51,197 nt of DNA from Macrostomum lignano (GCA_002269645.1 NIVC01003572.1:39379-90575), one strand, 5' to 3'. Positions 13,091 through 26,838 are shown, numbered from the stretch's first letter. Made by a program: numbers and translations. Notes: generated by a model from the letters alone, not told the origin.

Positions 13091-14009
13091 CTTTTCCAAG
13101 TACATTTCTATCGACTCATCCAAGAAATTCTTCCAAGCTAGCTATAAGTTTTCGCTCGCTAATTTTTATAACTGCTGGCCGAAATTGGCAAAGTTACACG
13201 ATGTTTCAAGATCACTGAGCCTTGCTCATGTACATGTACTTTACTAGAATGGACCCAACTGCAGACAGACAACTCAGCTCTAAATACTGATCACGGATGC
13301 GGCATTATATAAGACTGTAGAAGCTGATTCCAATGAGTTAATAGACAATATATATGATGGGCAGAACTTTACCTTCAATTGGATAAAATCGTAGGAATAC
13401 GAAAATACGTTCCGGCGCAGTGACCAGCTATGTATGGTATCAGGCAGCCCAGTCCTGCATCGCCACAGCCATGCATGCAATTGCCACTGCTTTATGGTTA
13501 ATTAATTATTTATTAGGGCCAGGCTTCCTCTCTGTCCATCCTCCCTCTCTCTCCCTCTCTCCCATTCATCCTCTATTCCTCTCTCTCCCTCTCCTCCCTG
13601 TCAAAGCGAAGCGTCAGTCGGCCAATCCAGATCCCGGATCTAAAAGTATTCCACGACGACGACTGCTGAGATCTGCTGAGCATAGTTACTGAATAGTTGT
13701 AGTCTATATAGCATGGTAGTTAGTTGACTAAAAACTACGACCTAAAATAGTGGAAACAATGAACTGAGAAACAATGACAAGCTTCAGCCAGGAAAGTAGC
13801 AGCACAAAAATTGAGCAATAAACAGCTCAAAGACAGATAAGAATGAGGAACTGAATGAAGAGAGATTCTGAGTGAGACGTAGGGATCAATAGACTCAGAC
13901 GTAGCGCAAGTTTGCGTAGCGCAAAAAGCATAAATTTTAATTAATTTCTTTTTTTTCATACTCCATAGGCTATTCCCATTCATGGAATGATTTCAGATGG
14001 TACATTCTG

Positions 14010-14380
14010 GATGTGGTATTCCGGATGGAGTATTCTGGGTGAGGTATTTCGGGTGATCGGATAGTCTGATGGGATATTCCGGATCGGATATTCAGGATGG
14101 AGTATTCCGGATGGGATATTCAGGATGGGATATTCCGGATGGGATATTCCAGATGGGATATTCCAAATGGGATATTCCGGATCGGATATTCAGGATGGAG
14201 TATTCCGGATGGGATATTCAGGATGGGATATTCCGGATGGGATATTCAGGATGGGATATTCCAAATGGGATATTCCGGATGGGATATTCAGGATGGAGTA
14301 TTCCGGATGGGATATTCAGGATAGAGTATTCCGGATGTGATATTCCAGGTGGGATATTCCGGATGGGGGTATTCCGGATC
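14010..14380. repeat. 14 bp minisatellite GGGATATTCCGGAT
   Basis: Direct reading; source of the MGYSGWDIPDG ORFs. Confidence 0.93.
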
Positions 14381-15905
14381 ATGGGATGCACAAACTAAAA
14401 ATAAATAACCCCAACTAAATCAATAACTCATAACTCGTACTTAGTTTTAAAATTATGGAAATTCACAATTCAAAGTTTTCCCAATGCCAAACAGTTCAAT
14501 TTCTTTTCCAAATGCTATTTTTTAACGACTCTGGATTGGTTATTAAGTGGTCGCAGCTGCGATCGCAGCGGTCACGGTTTTCAATAGTTTTAAAATCTAG
14601 CAGTCAGTGTTTAAGGTCTGACTCGATCTGAATATGGCAGAACTATAGCCATAAAAAAAGTTAGCCGTTTAACCACTCCTAATCTGTGAGCTGAAGTTAA
14701 CTAACACTTGGCAATAGTTTAAATAACCCATATATAAAATCTATATTATGGCTAAAATAAATTTTGACCCAACCAATATCGCAACTCTACAAGGGGTATG
14801 CAACAGAATTTTTCAATGCTTTTTTTCGTTGGGTCCTTGCAGAATTGATTGCAGTACGACAGATTGCCCTGTATTAGACGCACACATACACACGTACTCA
14901 TGCACACGCATGTACACCGATATTCTCATACCTGACAGATATTTTCATACTTGACACTGTGTTTACCTGATCCCCAGCTTTGGAAAATGCAACTTTATGC
15001 TCTATATGGTGTTTTTGGTTCATTATAACAAGATCAACGCATCTTAACAAAAATAATCGCAGGATTGGACACCCGGATTGGAGTTTATCGCTGAGCTGCT
15101 GCGGCCCCTCCACGTACTTACTGTCAAACCAATTCAAGCTGCCCACTAGTCAACCCGTTGCAGTTTGATCTCTGTCTTCGTCTATTTCGGGCCCAAAACT
15201 ACGTGTTTTAGACAAATCTATCCAGTGCTTTAGTTTGAATTTGTAGCTAGCAAACTTCCATTAAGCTTTCCACGTTTTTCACTGGCACAAAACTATCGAT
15301 TGCCGACATTGTAGGAGAATGGGTTTGCTTAAAATAGGCTCAATAATGCAACATGTAATAGCTATTAAAATTGAGTTTAGCTATATAGCCCGTCTTAGCG
15401 GCGCCAGTTGAAATCCTTTCGATGATTTAAACTTTTACTGAAGTAGAGAAGTGTTTTGAGCGAATCGTTTCGATAGTAGCAACTAATATCCTATTGTTTT
15501 ATTTACCCCAGTAGATGCTTTTTGACATTGCCCCTTAAAAGAAAAAAAATACTTTATTACGAATTACGAGCGCGTACAAAATTCTTAAACGAATTAAAAA
15601 ATATACACGAAATGACCTTTTCTATAACAAATTAACAAGTTCCACAACGAATTAACGAATTCTACAACGAATTACCAAAGTCTACAACGAATTAACAATT
15701 CCACAACGAATTAACAAATTCCACAACGAATCAACAAATTCTACAACGAATAAACAAATTCTAAAACGAATTAACAAATTCTAGACCGAGTTAACAAATT
15801 CCAAACCGATACACACTATGTCTACATTGAATTTGCACCATTCTACACCAAAAACATGCAATATCACACGATGCAGCAAATAAATCGATCCTAAAAATCA
15901 CTCAC

Positions 15906-16221
15906 TAGTCTGGCAGACTTTCCCAGAGGCGTGCTGCACAATTGTCTGCGAGGCTGGACAATCGCAGGCTAGCTTGGACTCTTTCGTGGTGCACACTCCG
16001 CCACGCGGCACCGGGCACGGGCTGCCCGGGGTTGTGCAACCGCTGCCGTCCTCTACAAGAAAAAATCGGTGGCCAATTTTTACCAGAGCACCGGGTGCCT
16101 GACCGAATGGTAGCAAACTCTTGTCGATTGGTGAATTTCTGGTTTTAGCTTCTGTCAACTCGAATTTCGAGTCGGCAACAACGCGCGCCAGTTGTAGAAA
16201 CAAAACTATGCAAATAACCAT
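15906..16221 (-). CDS. Duplicate of the signal peptide plus EGF/EB exon; the downstream EB exon was not duplicated
   Basis: Translation identical to 7251-7566; donor GTGAGT at 15905, acceptor 16264-16262 and upstream donor at 16530 all retained. Confidence 0.7.
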
Positions 16222-17410
16222 TGTTGGAGTGAATATTTCTTGGGATATGCTAGGCCTCGCGCTGCGGTTAAGACAGGATATGAGAAACCAACAGACGGCC
16301 CGGGCGGGGCTCGGTAAGGTTTTTTAAAAACAATTGGCCATTCCTGATGAGGGAATTGAGGTGGTCGGGCGGGATGCCTCGCCTTCCGTATAGTTGAATG
16401 GCGAAGGAAAGAAGAGAGACGGGGAGCAGATGGGGGATTTTGCTCTCGTGACTTCACCTTGCGACTGATCCATCCATCCATCTACTTTCTCTCTACCTCT
16501 CCCCCCAACCCACACATACACAATTCTTACCTGGAAAAGCCCACCCTTAGCAAGCCTAGGGTTTAGGTCTCTTACCAAAAGCCTTTTTTCACCTGAATGG
16601 CTCAAGATGAAGGTCTGTCTAAGTCACCTCTTACTGGTTCACCTCCCTTGGGGGTCTCCTTTCCTCTCCTCTGTTCTGTTCTGGTTCTCTCGTCCAATTC
16701 TAAAATCTGCAACCGTTTCACACCTTCCTCTCCGCTCACTCACACCTTAGCAAACGGTTATGCAATTGTCGCACCTAATTATCATAATAGATATATAATA
16801 GCCTATATATAGTTAAATGTAATTACGGTGACTGTAAAAGCACAAAACTATAATTAGGCCAATTCACATAGATAAGATAAGATAAATCGTTCCCGTAAAC
16901 TGGACATTTATCAATTTATCAATAACCCCTCAGCTCCCCTCAGCTCGCGGACGAATTAGTTGACAAAAAATTGGCCCGAACTAATTTATTTCAATATTCT
17001 CTGAACCATCTGTCACAATTTATTGGCTGGTAAAGATGCAGAGTTGAGTACAGTGGGTGAGTGAGGATACTTATTATTACAGCAGAGAACTCACTGACTA
17101 TATGCCACACGCACAATTATGCAGCAGCTTCCCAGATGAAGCTTGCTACTTAAGTAGTACCAAATATATAGGTGAAGGTGTATAGTTGGTTTCGCGTATT
17201 GACAAGATTGGCAGACTACTATATGCGAACTGGCTCACTAGACTGGGCTCAATGGGAGAGCGAGAAAAAAGGCAGCTATGACTTTGGAGGACAATCTTTA
17301 TGAAGCACAATTTTCATAGTTACTAAATTATAGAAGAAAATTTGGTAAAAAACTAAAATGACTTAGAACAAAATGTCAAATTGAGATCATATTAAGAATT
17401 TGATAATATT

Positions 17411-17960
17411 TAGCTGGGAAGAGACATAAGAGAGGATAGAAGAGTGAGAAGAGACATGAGAGAGAAGAGAAGAGAGCTGAGAAGAGACATGTGAGAGGAA
17501 AGAAGAGAGCTGAGAAGAGACATGAGAGAGAAGAGAAGAGAGCTGAGAAGAGAAATGAGAGAGGAAAGAAGAGAGCTGAGAAGAGACATGAGAGAGGAAA
17601 GAAGAGAGCTGAGAAGAGACATGAGAGAGGAGTAAAGAGAGCTGAGAAGAGACATGAGAGAGAAGAGAAGAGAGCTGAGAAGAGAAATGAGAGAGGAAAG
17701 AAGAGAGCTGAGAAGAGACATTAGAGAGAAGAGAAGAGAGCTCAGAAGAGACATGAGAGAGGAAAGAAGAGAGCTGAGAAGAGACATGAGAGAGAAGAGA
17801 AGAGAGCTGAGAAGAGACATGAGAGAGGAAAGAAGAGAGCTGAGATGAGACATGAGAGAGGAAAGAAGAGAGCTGAGAAGAGACATGAGAGAGAAGAGAA
17901 GAGAGCTGAGAAGAGACATGAGAGAGAAGAGAAGAGAGCTGAGAAGAGATATGAGAGAAA
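17411..17960 (+). repeat. 33 bp AG-rich minisatellite, ~16-17 copies
   Basis: Paralog of 8750-8905, expanded. Confidence 0.93.
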
Positions 17961-17993
17961 AAAGTCATAACATGTTCTCTATTGTTTAAACGT

Positions 17994-18410
17994 GATCCCA
18001 CAATGTATGCATGCGTTTGAATGTTCCCACACTGTATCTATGAGAGTGATCCCACACTTTATCAATAAGAATGATCCCACATTGTGTCTATAAGACTGAT
18101 CCCACATTGTGTCTATAAGACTGATCCCACATTGTGTCTATAAGACTGATCCCACACTGTATCTATGAGACTGATCCCACACTGTATCTATGAGACTGAT
18201 CCCACACTGTATCTATAAGACTGATCCCACACTGTATCTATAAGACTGATCCCACATTGTGTCTATAAGACTGATCCCACACTGTATCTATGAGACTGAT
18301 CCCACACTACATTAATGAGACTGATCCCACACTGTGTCTATAAGACTGATCCCACATTGTGTCTATAAGACTGATCCCACACTACATTAATGAGACTGAT
18401 CCCACACTAT
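17994..18410. repeat. GATCCCACAC-core minisatellite, mainly 25 bp units
   Basis: GATCCCACA(C/T)TGT(A/G)TCTAT(A/G)AGACT; paralog of 8940-9560. Confidence 0.93.
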
Positions 18411-19070
18411 CGATTTTGGGATTAAGCTTTGATCGCATCAGAGCGGCAGGCAATCATAATTTTGAGCGGCAAGAATTTCAACAAGAAATTATTGTAACTG
18501 TACGACTCGACTCTATTGACATTGGCATTGAATAGAAATTCTTCGCTCGAGAGCATCTTGAGATTGCGAAATAAGCGGCTTCACAATTCTCAACCTTTCA
18601 CAATTTGAAAATTGTCAAGCCTACTTAAGTATAGTGTGAAATGATTATCTTTAGAGCATAAGGAACTTCTTAGTGTCAAAAATTATAGTGCAAGTTCGTG
18701 ATAAATATTTCCACTGAAAAATATTCTACGGACACAAAGCAAGAATATTCCTAGGTTAAATAAATCGAAATCCAAATACTCATATTTCACATTTGTAGAC
18801 AAACCAAAATCTAAAACTATATAAATAAAAATCCAAATAAGTGCAACTGTCAACATGATTCTCCGTACAAGTATGACAAAAATTCTGGCTTAGAGATCCA
18901 GAGAGGCAATGTTCAAAACAAATTGGTTGAAGTCTCGCTCGCTAATCTCTTTATGCTATTACTTCAGCATGAATACGAACTTTTGAGTACGGCTCGTATC
19001 TACGTTCTTCATGGGCATAGCCAGAATTGGAGGGGGTCCATGGCCCTTGGTGCTGATGCCCCTTGGTGCT

Positions 19071-19490
19071 GGCCTAAACTTCAAAGGAACCTAAATTTCA
19101 TAGGACCTAAACTACATAGGACCTAAACTTCATATGACCTAAACTTCATATGACCTAAACTTCATATGACCTAAACTTCATATGACCTAAACTTCATATG
19201 ACCTAAACTTCATATGACCTAAACTTCGTATGACCTAAACTTCATATGACCTAAACTTCATATGACCTAAACTTCATATGACCTAAACTTCATATGACCT
19301 AAACTTCGTATGACCTAAACTTCATATGACCTAAACTTCATATGACCTAAACTTCATATGACCTAAACTTCATATGACCTAAACTTCGTATGACCTAAAC
19401 TTCATATGACCTAAACTTCATAGGACATAAATTTCATAGGACCCAAACTTCAAAGGACATAAAATTTATAGAACCTAAACTTCATATAAC
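19071..19490. repeat. 16 bp minisatellite, homogenised TGACCTAAACTTCATA
   Basis: Paralog of 10276-10680. Confidence 0.93.
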
Positions 19491-20092
19491 TTCATCAACA
19501 TTGTCCATCGAGTGCCTGTTTCCAATCCAAGTTCTCCAGGGGTCCATGCACGGTTCATGAGGGCCAAGATTGGGGATAGCTATAATAGCCGCTGCAAATT
19601 CCCCCCTCAAGGCAAGATATTGTTATTAGAGAGAGAAGAAGAGCAGAAAATGCAGCATAGGGGTTGGGGGTAGCCTTAGCAGCGGTGTTATAAGCAAGTT
19701 CCAAGCTCTCGGAGCATAAACATACAGCTGAGAGAGAAGTTGGTGTAAGATATTCTCTTATATAAGCATGGCGCAACCCTCACTGCCTTATAATAATAGC
19801 TTCCGCCAAGACGCATTCATCTGGTGCTTGGAGCTGCTGCAAGTATAGGATAAGAACAATTTTCCAGTTAACGAAGTTCTCGATAATTACTAATAAGACC
19901 ATGGCGTACAAGTCATTCAATCTGGAGAGGAAATTACGTCAAAAAATCAATTTCGGTCAAGGATAAAAGCTATAATGGATTTTATAAACAAAATTGTTTT
20001 AATTTATTGATTTCATATGCTAATAGACTACTTAATTGAAGCAGTAGAAGTTAAGCAAATTTAAAAATAGCTTTAAATAGCTACGTATCGAC

Positions 20093-20120
20093 CAGGGGTC
20101 GGCAAACTGCGGCCCGCAAA
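20093..20120 (+). mobile_element. Orphan hAT/Charlie-type TIR (paralog of 11292)
   Basis: CAGGGGTCGGCAAACTGCGGCCCGC. Confidence 0.5.
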
Positions 20121-20189
20121 GACTCTCTATCAGGCCCTCGGGTCCTTCGAAACTTTACAATAGCAATCCGGCATGCTCATTGTTCGATA

Positions 20190-20985
20190 TCCCTTCTCTC
20201 CTCTCTCATGTCCCTCTTCTCATCTCTCTTCTTTCCTCTCTCCTGTCTCTTCTCAGCTCTCTTCTATCATCTCTCATGTCTCTTCTCAGCTCTCTTATCT
20301 CCTCTCTCATGTCCCTCTTCTCATCTCTCTTCTTTCCTCTCTCCTGTCTCTTCTCAGCTCTCTTCTCTCCTCTCTCATGTCCCTCTTCTCAGCTCTCTTC
20401 TATCCATCATGTCTCTTCTCAGCTCTCTTCTCTCCTATCTCATATCTCTTCTCAGCTCTCTTCTATCCTCTCTCATGTCTCTTCTCAGCTCTCTTATCTC
20501 CTCTCTCATGTCCCTCTTCTCAGCTCTCTTCTATCCTCTCTCATGTCTCTTCTCAGCTCTCTTCTCTCCTATCTCATATCTCTTCTCAGCTCTCTTCTAT
20601 CCTCTCTCATGTCTCTTCTCAGCTCTCTTCTCTCCTATCTCATATCTCTTCTCAGCTCTCTTCTCTTCTCTCTCATGTCTCTTATCAGCTCTCTTCTCTC
20701 CTATCTCATATCTCTTCTCAGCTCTCTTCTCTTCTCTCTCATGTCTCTTCTCAGCTCTCTTCTCTCCTATCTCATATCTCTTCTCAGCTCTCTTCTCTCC
20801 TCTGTCATGTCTATTCTCAGCTTTCTTATTTCCTCTCTGATGTATCTTCTCAGCTCCCTTCTATCTTCTCTCATGTCTCTTCTCAGCTCTCTTCTCTCCT
20901 CCCGTATGTCTCTTCTCAGCTCTCTTCTCTCCTCTCTCACGTCTTAGCTCTCTTCTCTCCTCCCTCATGTCTCTTCTCAGCTAAA
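20190..20985 (-). repeat. 33 bp CT-rich minisatellite, ~23 copies
   Basis: Paralog of 11392-11790. Confidence 0.93.
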
Positions 20986-23129
20986 TATTCTCAACTTCTA
21001 TACTAAATATTTAAAAATATTTCCAACAACTTACCAATGGCCAGTGCAACTGAGAGAGTTGAGACAAACAGAAACTTGCAGATCCAAGTAACAGACAAGT
21101 GCATCATTAAAAGCAAAAACAAGTTACACGGGCTCTTTCTGCACCTAATTAAAAGAATCTTCAGAGAGCAGGTATTCTTTAGGTAGAGTTATCGAAGTTT
21201 AGAACGGTCTCTCTAGATCGTTAGCCACTCGGTTCCGGCTTCTTGTTAACTAAGGGCTTTATCTACAAGAAAGAGGGAGTGACGGAAAAGGCGCCGCGAT
21301 GAATGATTATTATGTCCAGTCCATGTGTCAACGGATCTCGATAGACTGATAGACAGAAAGACAGGACTCAGATGGATAGAAGCTCAGGGGAGGTTGGTGA
21401 TGGGGGGCTGGCTTGGTCCAGCTCAGCTCCTCTTCTGTTGAAGTTTTTTGGAGTCTTCCCCTCTCTTCCAATGCTACACCGCTGTGCCTGTCTGTGTGAG
21501 TGACTGACTGAGTGAGCGAGCGCGAGCGTATTTGGGTGAGCGCATTTTGGGGTCTCTGTGAGTTGCGCCACAGCTATCTTATTGGATTCCCTTTCTCGTT
21601 GCCAATGCCCAGGGGGTGGGAAGGAGTGGAGGGAGAGAGAGACGGAGAGACGGAGAAAAAACGCCGAGGGTCCAGCGGCAGACGCAAAGCAGCAAGTGCG
21701 GAGCAGAAACAGAAGCAGGAAGCGGGAAACAAACCCTCACTTCACCTCAGCCGGAGAACCCCAGAAACTCCCCCCCCAAGGTTTTTTTCAAACAGCCTTT
21801 CTCATGCCGACATTCCACCGACAAACAACAGGTTTTGGGAGGGGGTGGGGCAGCGTAATGGGGAGAGGCTCTGACTAATTTTTATATTGGATGTTTTGGC
21901 CAGTTGTTAAAAAATAAATTTGGTAATAAAATCAATCTATCAATTTGAGTTTAACCGCACCTGTATGGTATTAATAGCAATACTTTTGGCTTCTTCTTCT
22001 TCTCAGTGCAATCTCGCATCTAGCAAAACTGCAGATTCTGCTAGGTGACACATCTAGGGACACTTCGGGGTGTCTAGGGACTCATGTAGGCATACATCTA
22101 GGGACTTTTCTAGGAACTCTTCTAGGGACTCTTCTATAGGGACACATCTAAGGACACTTCGAGGGAAACATCTAGGGACTTTTTTAGGAAATCTTCTAAG
22201 GACTTTTTGGAGTCTCCTCTAAGGACTGTTCCAGGGACACATCGAGGGACTCTTCTAGAGACTTTTCCAGGTACATTTCTATCGACTCATCCAAGAGATT
22301 CTTCCAAGCCAGTTATAAGTTTTCGCTCGCTAATTTTTATAACTGCTGGCCGAAATTGGCAAAGTTACACGATGTTTCAAGATCACTGAGCCTTGCTCAT
22401 GTACATGTACTTTACTAGAATGGACCCAACTGCAGTCAGACAACTCAGCTCTAAATACTGATCACGGATGCGGCATTATATAAGACTGTAGAAGCTGATT
22501 CCAATGAGTTAATAGACAATATATATGATGGGAAGAACTTTACCTTCAATTGGATAAAATCGTAGGAATACGAAAATACGTACCGGCGCAGTGACCAGCT
22601 ATTTATGGTATCAGGCAGCCCAGTCCTGCATCGCCACAGCCATGCATGCAATTGCCACTGCTTTATGGTTAATTAATTATTTATTAGGGCCAGGCTTCCT
22701 CTCTGTCCATCCTCCCTCTCTCTCCCTCTCTCCCATTCATCCTCTATTCCTCTCTCTCCCTCTCCTCCCTGTCAAAGCGAAGCGTCAGTCGGCCAATCCA
22801 GATCCCGGATCTAAAAGTATTCCACGACGACGACTGCTGAGATCTGCTGAGCATAGTTACTGAATAGTTGTAGTCTATATAGCATAGTAGTTAGTTGACT
22901 AAAAACTACGACCTAAAATAGTGGAAACAATGAATTGAGAAACAATGACAAGCTTCAGCCAGGAAAGTAGCAGCACAAAAATTGAGCAATAAACAGCTCA
23001 AAGACAGATAAGAATGAGGAACTGAATGAAGGGAGATTCTATAGGGATCAATAGACTCAGCCGTAGCGCAAGTTAAGCATAACTTTTAATTAATTTCTTT
23101 TTTTCATACTCCATAGGCTATTCCCATTC

Positions 23130-23320
23130 ATGGGATATTCCGGATGGGATATTCCGGATGGGATATTCCGGATGGGATATTCCGGATGGGATATTCCGGA
23201 TGGGATATTCCGGATGGGATTTCCGGATGGGATATTCCGGATGGGATATTCCGGATGGGATATTCCGGATGGGATATTCCAGGTGGGATATTCCAGATGG
23301 GGGTATTCCGGATCGTGGGA
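23130..23320. repeat. 14 bp minisatellite GGGATATTCCGGAT
   Basis: Paralog of 14010-14380, shorter and more homogeneous. Confidence 0.93.
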
Positions 23321-23529
23321 TGCACAAACTAAAAATAAGTAACCCCAACTAAATCAATAACTGACACTCGTACTTAGTTTTAAACTAGCAATCTTCGCCC
23401 CCCGTTGGGGGACATCTGGATAGAATCTCTGTTCTCTACAAGTAACAAAAAGACAGCCAAATAAAGCCTTCACAAAAACAACACAAAAAACTGCTCAAAT
23501 AAAGTGTAATGCAAAAAGAAATCATCCCA

Positions 23530-24040
23530 AGACAGCAAGCATCCCCCAGATTGCAAGCATCCCCCAAATAGCAAGCATCCCCCAGATAGCAAGCATCCCC
23601 CAGATAGCAAGCATCCCCCAGATAGCAAGCGTCCCCCAGATAGCAAGCATCCCCCAGATAGCAAGCATTCCCCAGATAGCAAGCATCCCCCAAATAGCAA
23701 GCATCCCCCAAATAGCAAGCATCCCCCAGATAGCAAGCATCCCCAGATAGCAAGCATCCCCCAGATAGCAAGCATCCCCAAATAGCAAGCATCCCCAGAT
23801 AGCAAGCATCCCCCAAATAGCAAGCATCCCCCAGATAGGAAGCATCCCCCTCCCAGATAGCAAACATCCCCCAGATAGCAAGCATCCCCCAGATAGCAAG
23901 CATCCCCCAAATAGCAAGCATCCCCCAGATAGCAAGCATCCCCAAATAGCAAGCATCCCCCAGATAGGAAGCATCCCCCCTCCCAGATAGCAAGCATCCC
24001 CCAGATAGCAAGCATCCCCAAATAGTAAGCATCCACCAGA
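23530..24040. repeat. 17-18 bp minisatellite AGATAGCAAGCATCCCCC, ~28 copies
   Basis: Direct reading; source of GDACYL/GMLAIW ORFs. Confidence 0.95.
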
Positions 24041-24129
24041 CAATAAGTAGCTAGTGCAACAATTTCCTTAGCTCTATAGTGGCTCCTTAAAAATTGACAT
24101 GACGCTTACTTTTACGTTTGAAATTGTTT

Positions 24130-26710
24130 CTTATGTTTGACATGGTGGCTCTTTAATGTTTGACATGGTGGTCCTTTTATGTTTGACATGGTGTCTCTTT
24201 AATGTTTGACATGGTGGTCCTTTTATGTTTGACATGGTGGCTCTTTAATTTTTGACATGGTGGCTCCTTTATGTTTGGCATGATGGCCCTTTAATGTTCT
24301 ACATGGTAGCTTTTTTATTTTCGACATGGTGGCACTTTAATGTTTGGCATGATGGCTCTTTGATGTTGGACATGGTGGTCCTTTTATGTTTGACATGATG
24401 GCTCTTTAATGTTTGACCTGGTGGCACCTTAATGTCTGTAATGATGGCTCTTTAATGTTTGAAATGGTGGCTCTTTAATATTTGATATGGTGGCTCTTTA
24501 ATGTTTGACATGGTGGCTCTTTAATGTTCGACATGGTGGCTCTTTAATGTTCGACATGGTGGCTTTTTAATGTTCGACATGGTGCCTCTTTAATATTTGA
24601 CATGGTGGTCCTTTTATGTTTGACATGGTGGCTCTTTTATGTTTGACATGATGGCTCTTCAATGTTTGACATGGAGTCACATATATGTTGGACATGGTGG
24701 CTCTTTAATTTTCGACATGGTGGCTCTTTAATGTTTGACATTGTGGCTCTTAAATGTTCGACATGGTGGCTCTTTTATGTTCGACATGGTGCTTCTTTTA
24801 TGTTCGACATGGTGGCTCTTTTATGCTTGACATGGTGGCTCTTTACTGCTTGACATGAAGTCACATATATGTTTGACATAGTGGCTCTTTAATGTTCGAC
24901 ATGGTGGCTCTTTTATGTTAGACATGGTGGCTTTTTAATGTTCGACATGGTGCCTCTTTAATATTTGACATGGTGGTCCTTTTATGTTTGACATGGTGGC
25001 TCTTTTATGTTTGACATGATGGCTCTTCAATGTTTGACATGGAGTCACATATATGTTGGACATGGTGGCTCTTTAATTTTCGACATGGTGGCTCTTTAAT
25101 GTTTGACATTGTGGCTCTTAAATGTTTGACATGGTGGCTCTTTAATGTTCGACATGGTGGCTCTTTAATGTTCGACATGGTGGCTCTTTAATGGTCGACA
25201 TGGTGGCTTTTTAATGTTCGACATGGTGCATCTTTAATGTTTGACATGGTGGTCCTTTTATGTTTGACATGGTGGCTCTTTAATTTTTGACATGGTGGCT
25301 CTTTTATGTTTGACATGATGGCTCTTTAATGTTCTACATGGTGGCTTTTTTTAGACATGGTGGCTCTTTAATGTTTGGCATGATGGCTCTTTGATGTTTG
25401 AGATGGAGTCACGAATATACTTGACATGGTGACTCGTTAATGTTAGACATGGTGGCTCTTCAATGTTTGACCTGGTGGCACCCTAATGTCTGTAATGATG
25501 GCTCTTTAATGTTCGACATGGTGGCTCTTTAATGTTCGACATGGTGGCTGTTTAATGTTGGACATGGTGGCTCTTTAATTTTCGACATGGTGGCTCTTTA
25601 ATGTTTGACATTGTGGCTCTTTAATGTTCGACATGGTGGCTCTTTTATGTTCGACATAGTGCTTCTTTTATGTTCGACATGGTGGCTCTTTAATGTTCGA
25701 CATGGTGGCTCTTTAATGTTCGACATGGTGGCTTTTTAATGTTCGACATGGTGCCTCTTTAATGTTTGACATGGTGGTCCTTCTATGTTTGACATGGTGG
25801 CTCTTTAATTTTTGACATGGTGGCTCTTTTATGTTTGACATGATGACTCTTTAATGTTCTACATGGTGGCTTTTTTTAGACATGGTGGCTCTTTAATGTT
25901 TGGCATGATGGCTCTTTGATGTTTGAGATGGAGTCACGAATATACTTGACATGGTGACTCGTTAATGTTAGACATGGTGGCTCTTTAATGTTTGACCTGG
26001 TGGCACCCTAATGTCTGTAATGATGGCTCTTTAATGTTTGAAATGGTGGCTCTTTAATATTTGACATGGTGGCTCTTTAATGTTCGACATGGTGGCTCTT
26101 TAATGTTCGACATGGTGGCTGTTTAATGTTAGACATGGTGGCTTTTTAATGTTCGACATGGTGCCTCCTTAATATTTGACATGGTGGTCCTTTTATGTTT
26201 GACATGGTGGCTCTTTAATGTTCGACATGGTGGCTGTTTAATGTTAGACATGGTGGCTTTTTAATGTTCGACATGGTGCCTCTTTAATATTTGACATGGT
26301 GGTCCTTTTATGTTTGACATGGTGGCTCTTTAATGTTCGACATGGTGGCTCTTTAATGTTTGACATGGTGGCTCTTTAATGTTAGACATGGTGGCTTTTT
26401 AATGTTCGACATGATGCCTCTTTGATATTTGACATGGTGTTCCTTTTATGTTTGACATGATGGCCCTTTAATGTTTGACATGAAGTCACATATATGTTGG
26501 ACATGGTGGCTCTTTAATATTCGACATGGTGGCTCTTTAATGTTCGAAATGGTGGCTCTTTAATGTTCGACATGGTGGCTCTTTAATGTTAGACATGATG
26601 GCTCTTTAATGTTCGATATGGTGGCTCTTTAATGTTCAACATGGTGGCTCTATAATGTTAGACATGGTGACTCTTTAATGTTAGACCTTGTGGCTCTTTA
26701 ATGTTTGACT
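24130..26710. repeat. 23 bp satellite ATGTT(T/C)GACATGGTGGCTCTTTA, ~110 copies
   Basis: Direct reading; multi-monomer blocks duplicated internally (e.g. ~25270-25500 and ~25810-26040). Confidence 0.96.
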
Positions 26711-26780
26711 TTGTGCTTTTTTGTGTTTAGCATTTTGTGTTTTTAAGGTTTTAGAATAAAAAAATCTTTTTGCACTACTA

Positions 26781-26838
26781 AGATTCGAACCCAGGTCGCT
26801 GCATTAGCAGTCCAGTCTGTTCGCATCTACGCTATCTC
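26781..26838 (-). ncRNA. tRNA-Ser(GCU)-derived Pol III cassette (SINE-head-like), copy 1
   Basis: Minus: TAGCGTAG (A-box-like), TGGACTGCTAATGCA (Ser-GCU anticodon arm-like), GGGTTCGAATC (B box), T7 at 26764-26758. No full cloverleaf. Confidence 0.6.

Larger units (their letters stand above)
6301..14895 (+). repeat. Segmental duplication, copy 1 (~8.6 kb)
   Basis: Colinear with 14957-23384 plus 37769-38215 (ctgtgtttacctgatcccc at 6301 and 14957); same order of unique blocks and VNTRs. Confidence 0.95.
14957..23384 (+). repeat. Segmental duplication, copy 2, left part (interrupted at 23384 by the Helitron chain)
   Basis: Colinear with 6301-14451; resumes at 37769. Confidence 0.95.

Noticed and set aside
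14551-14569. Overlapping perfect palindromes TCGCAGCTGCGA and GCTGCGATCGCAGC (also ~37866)
   Set aside because: Real but isolated, with no associated termini or function.
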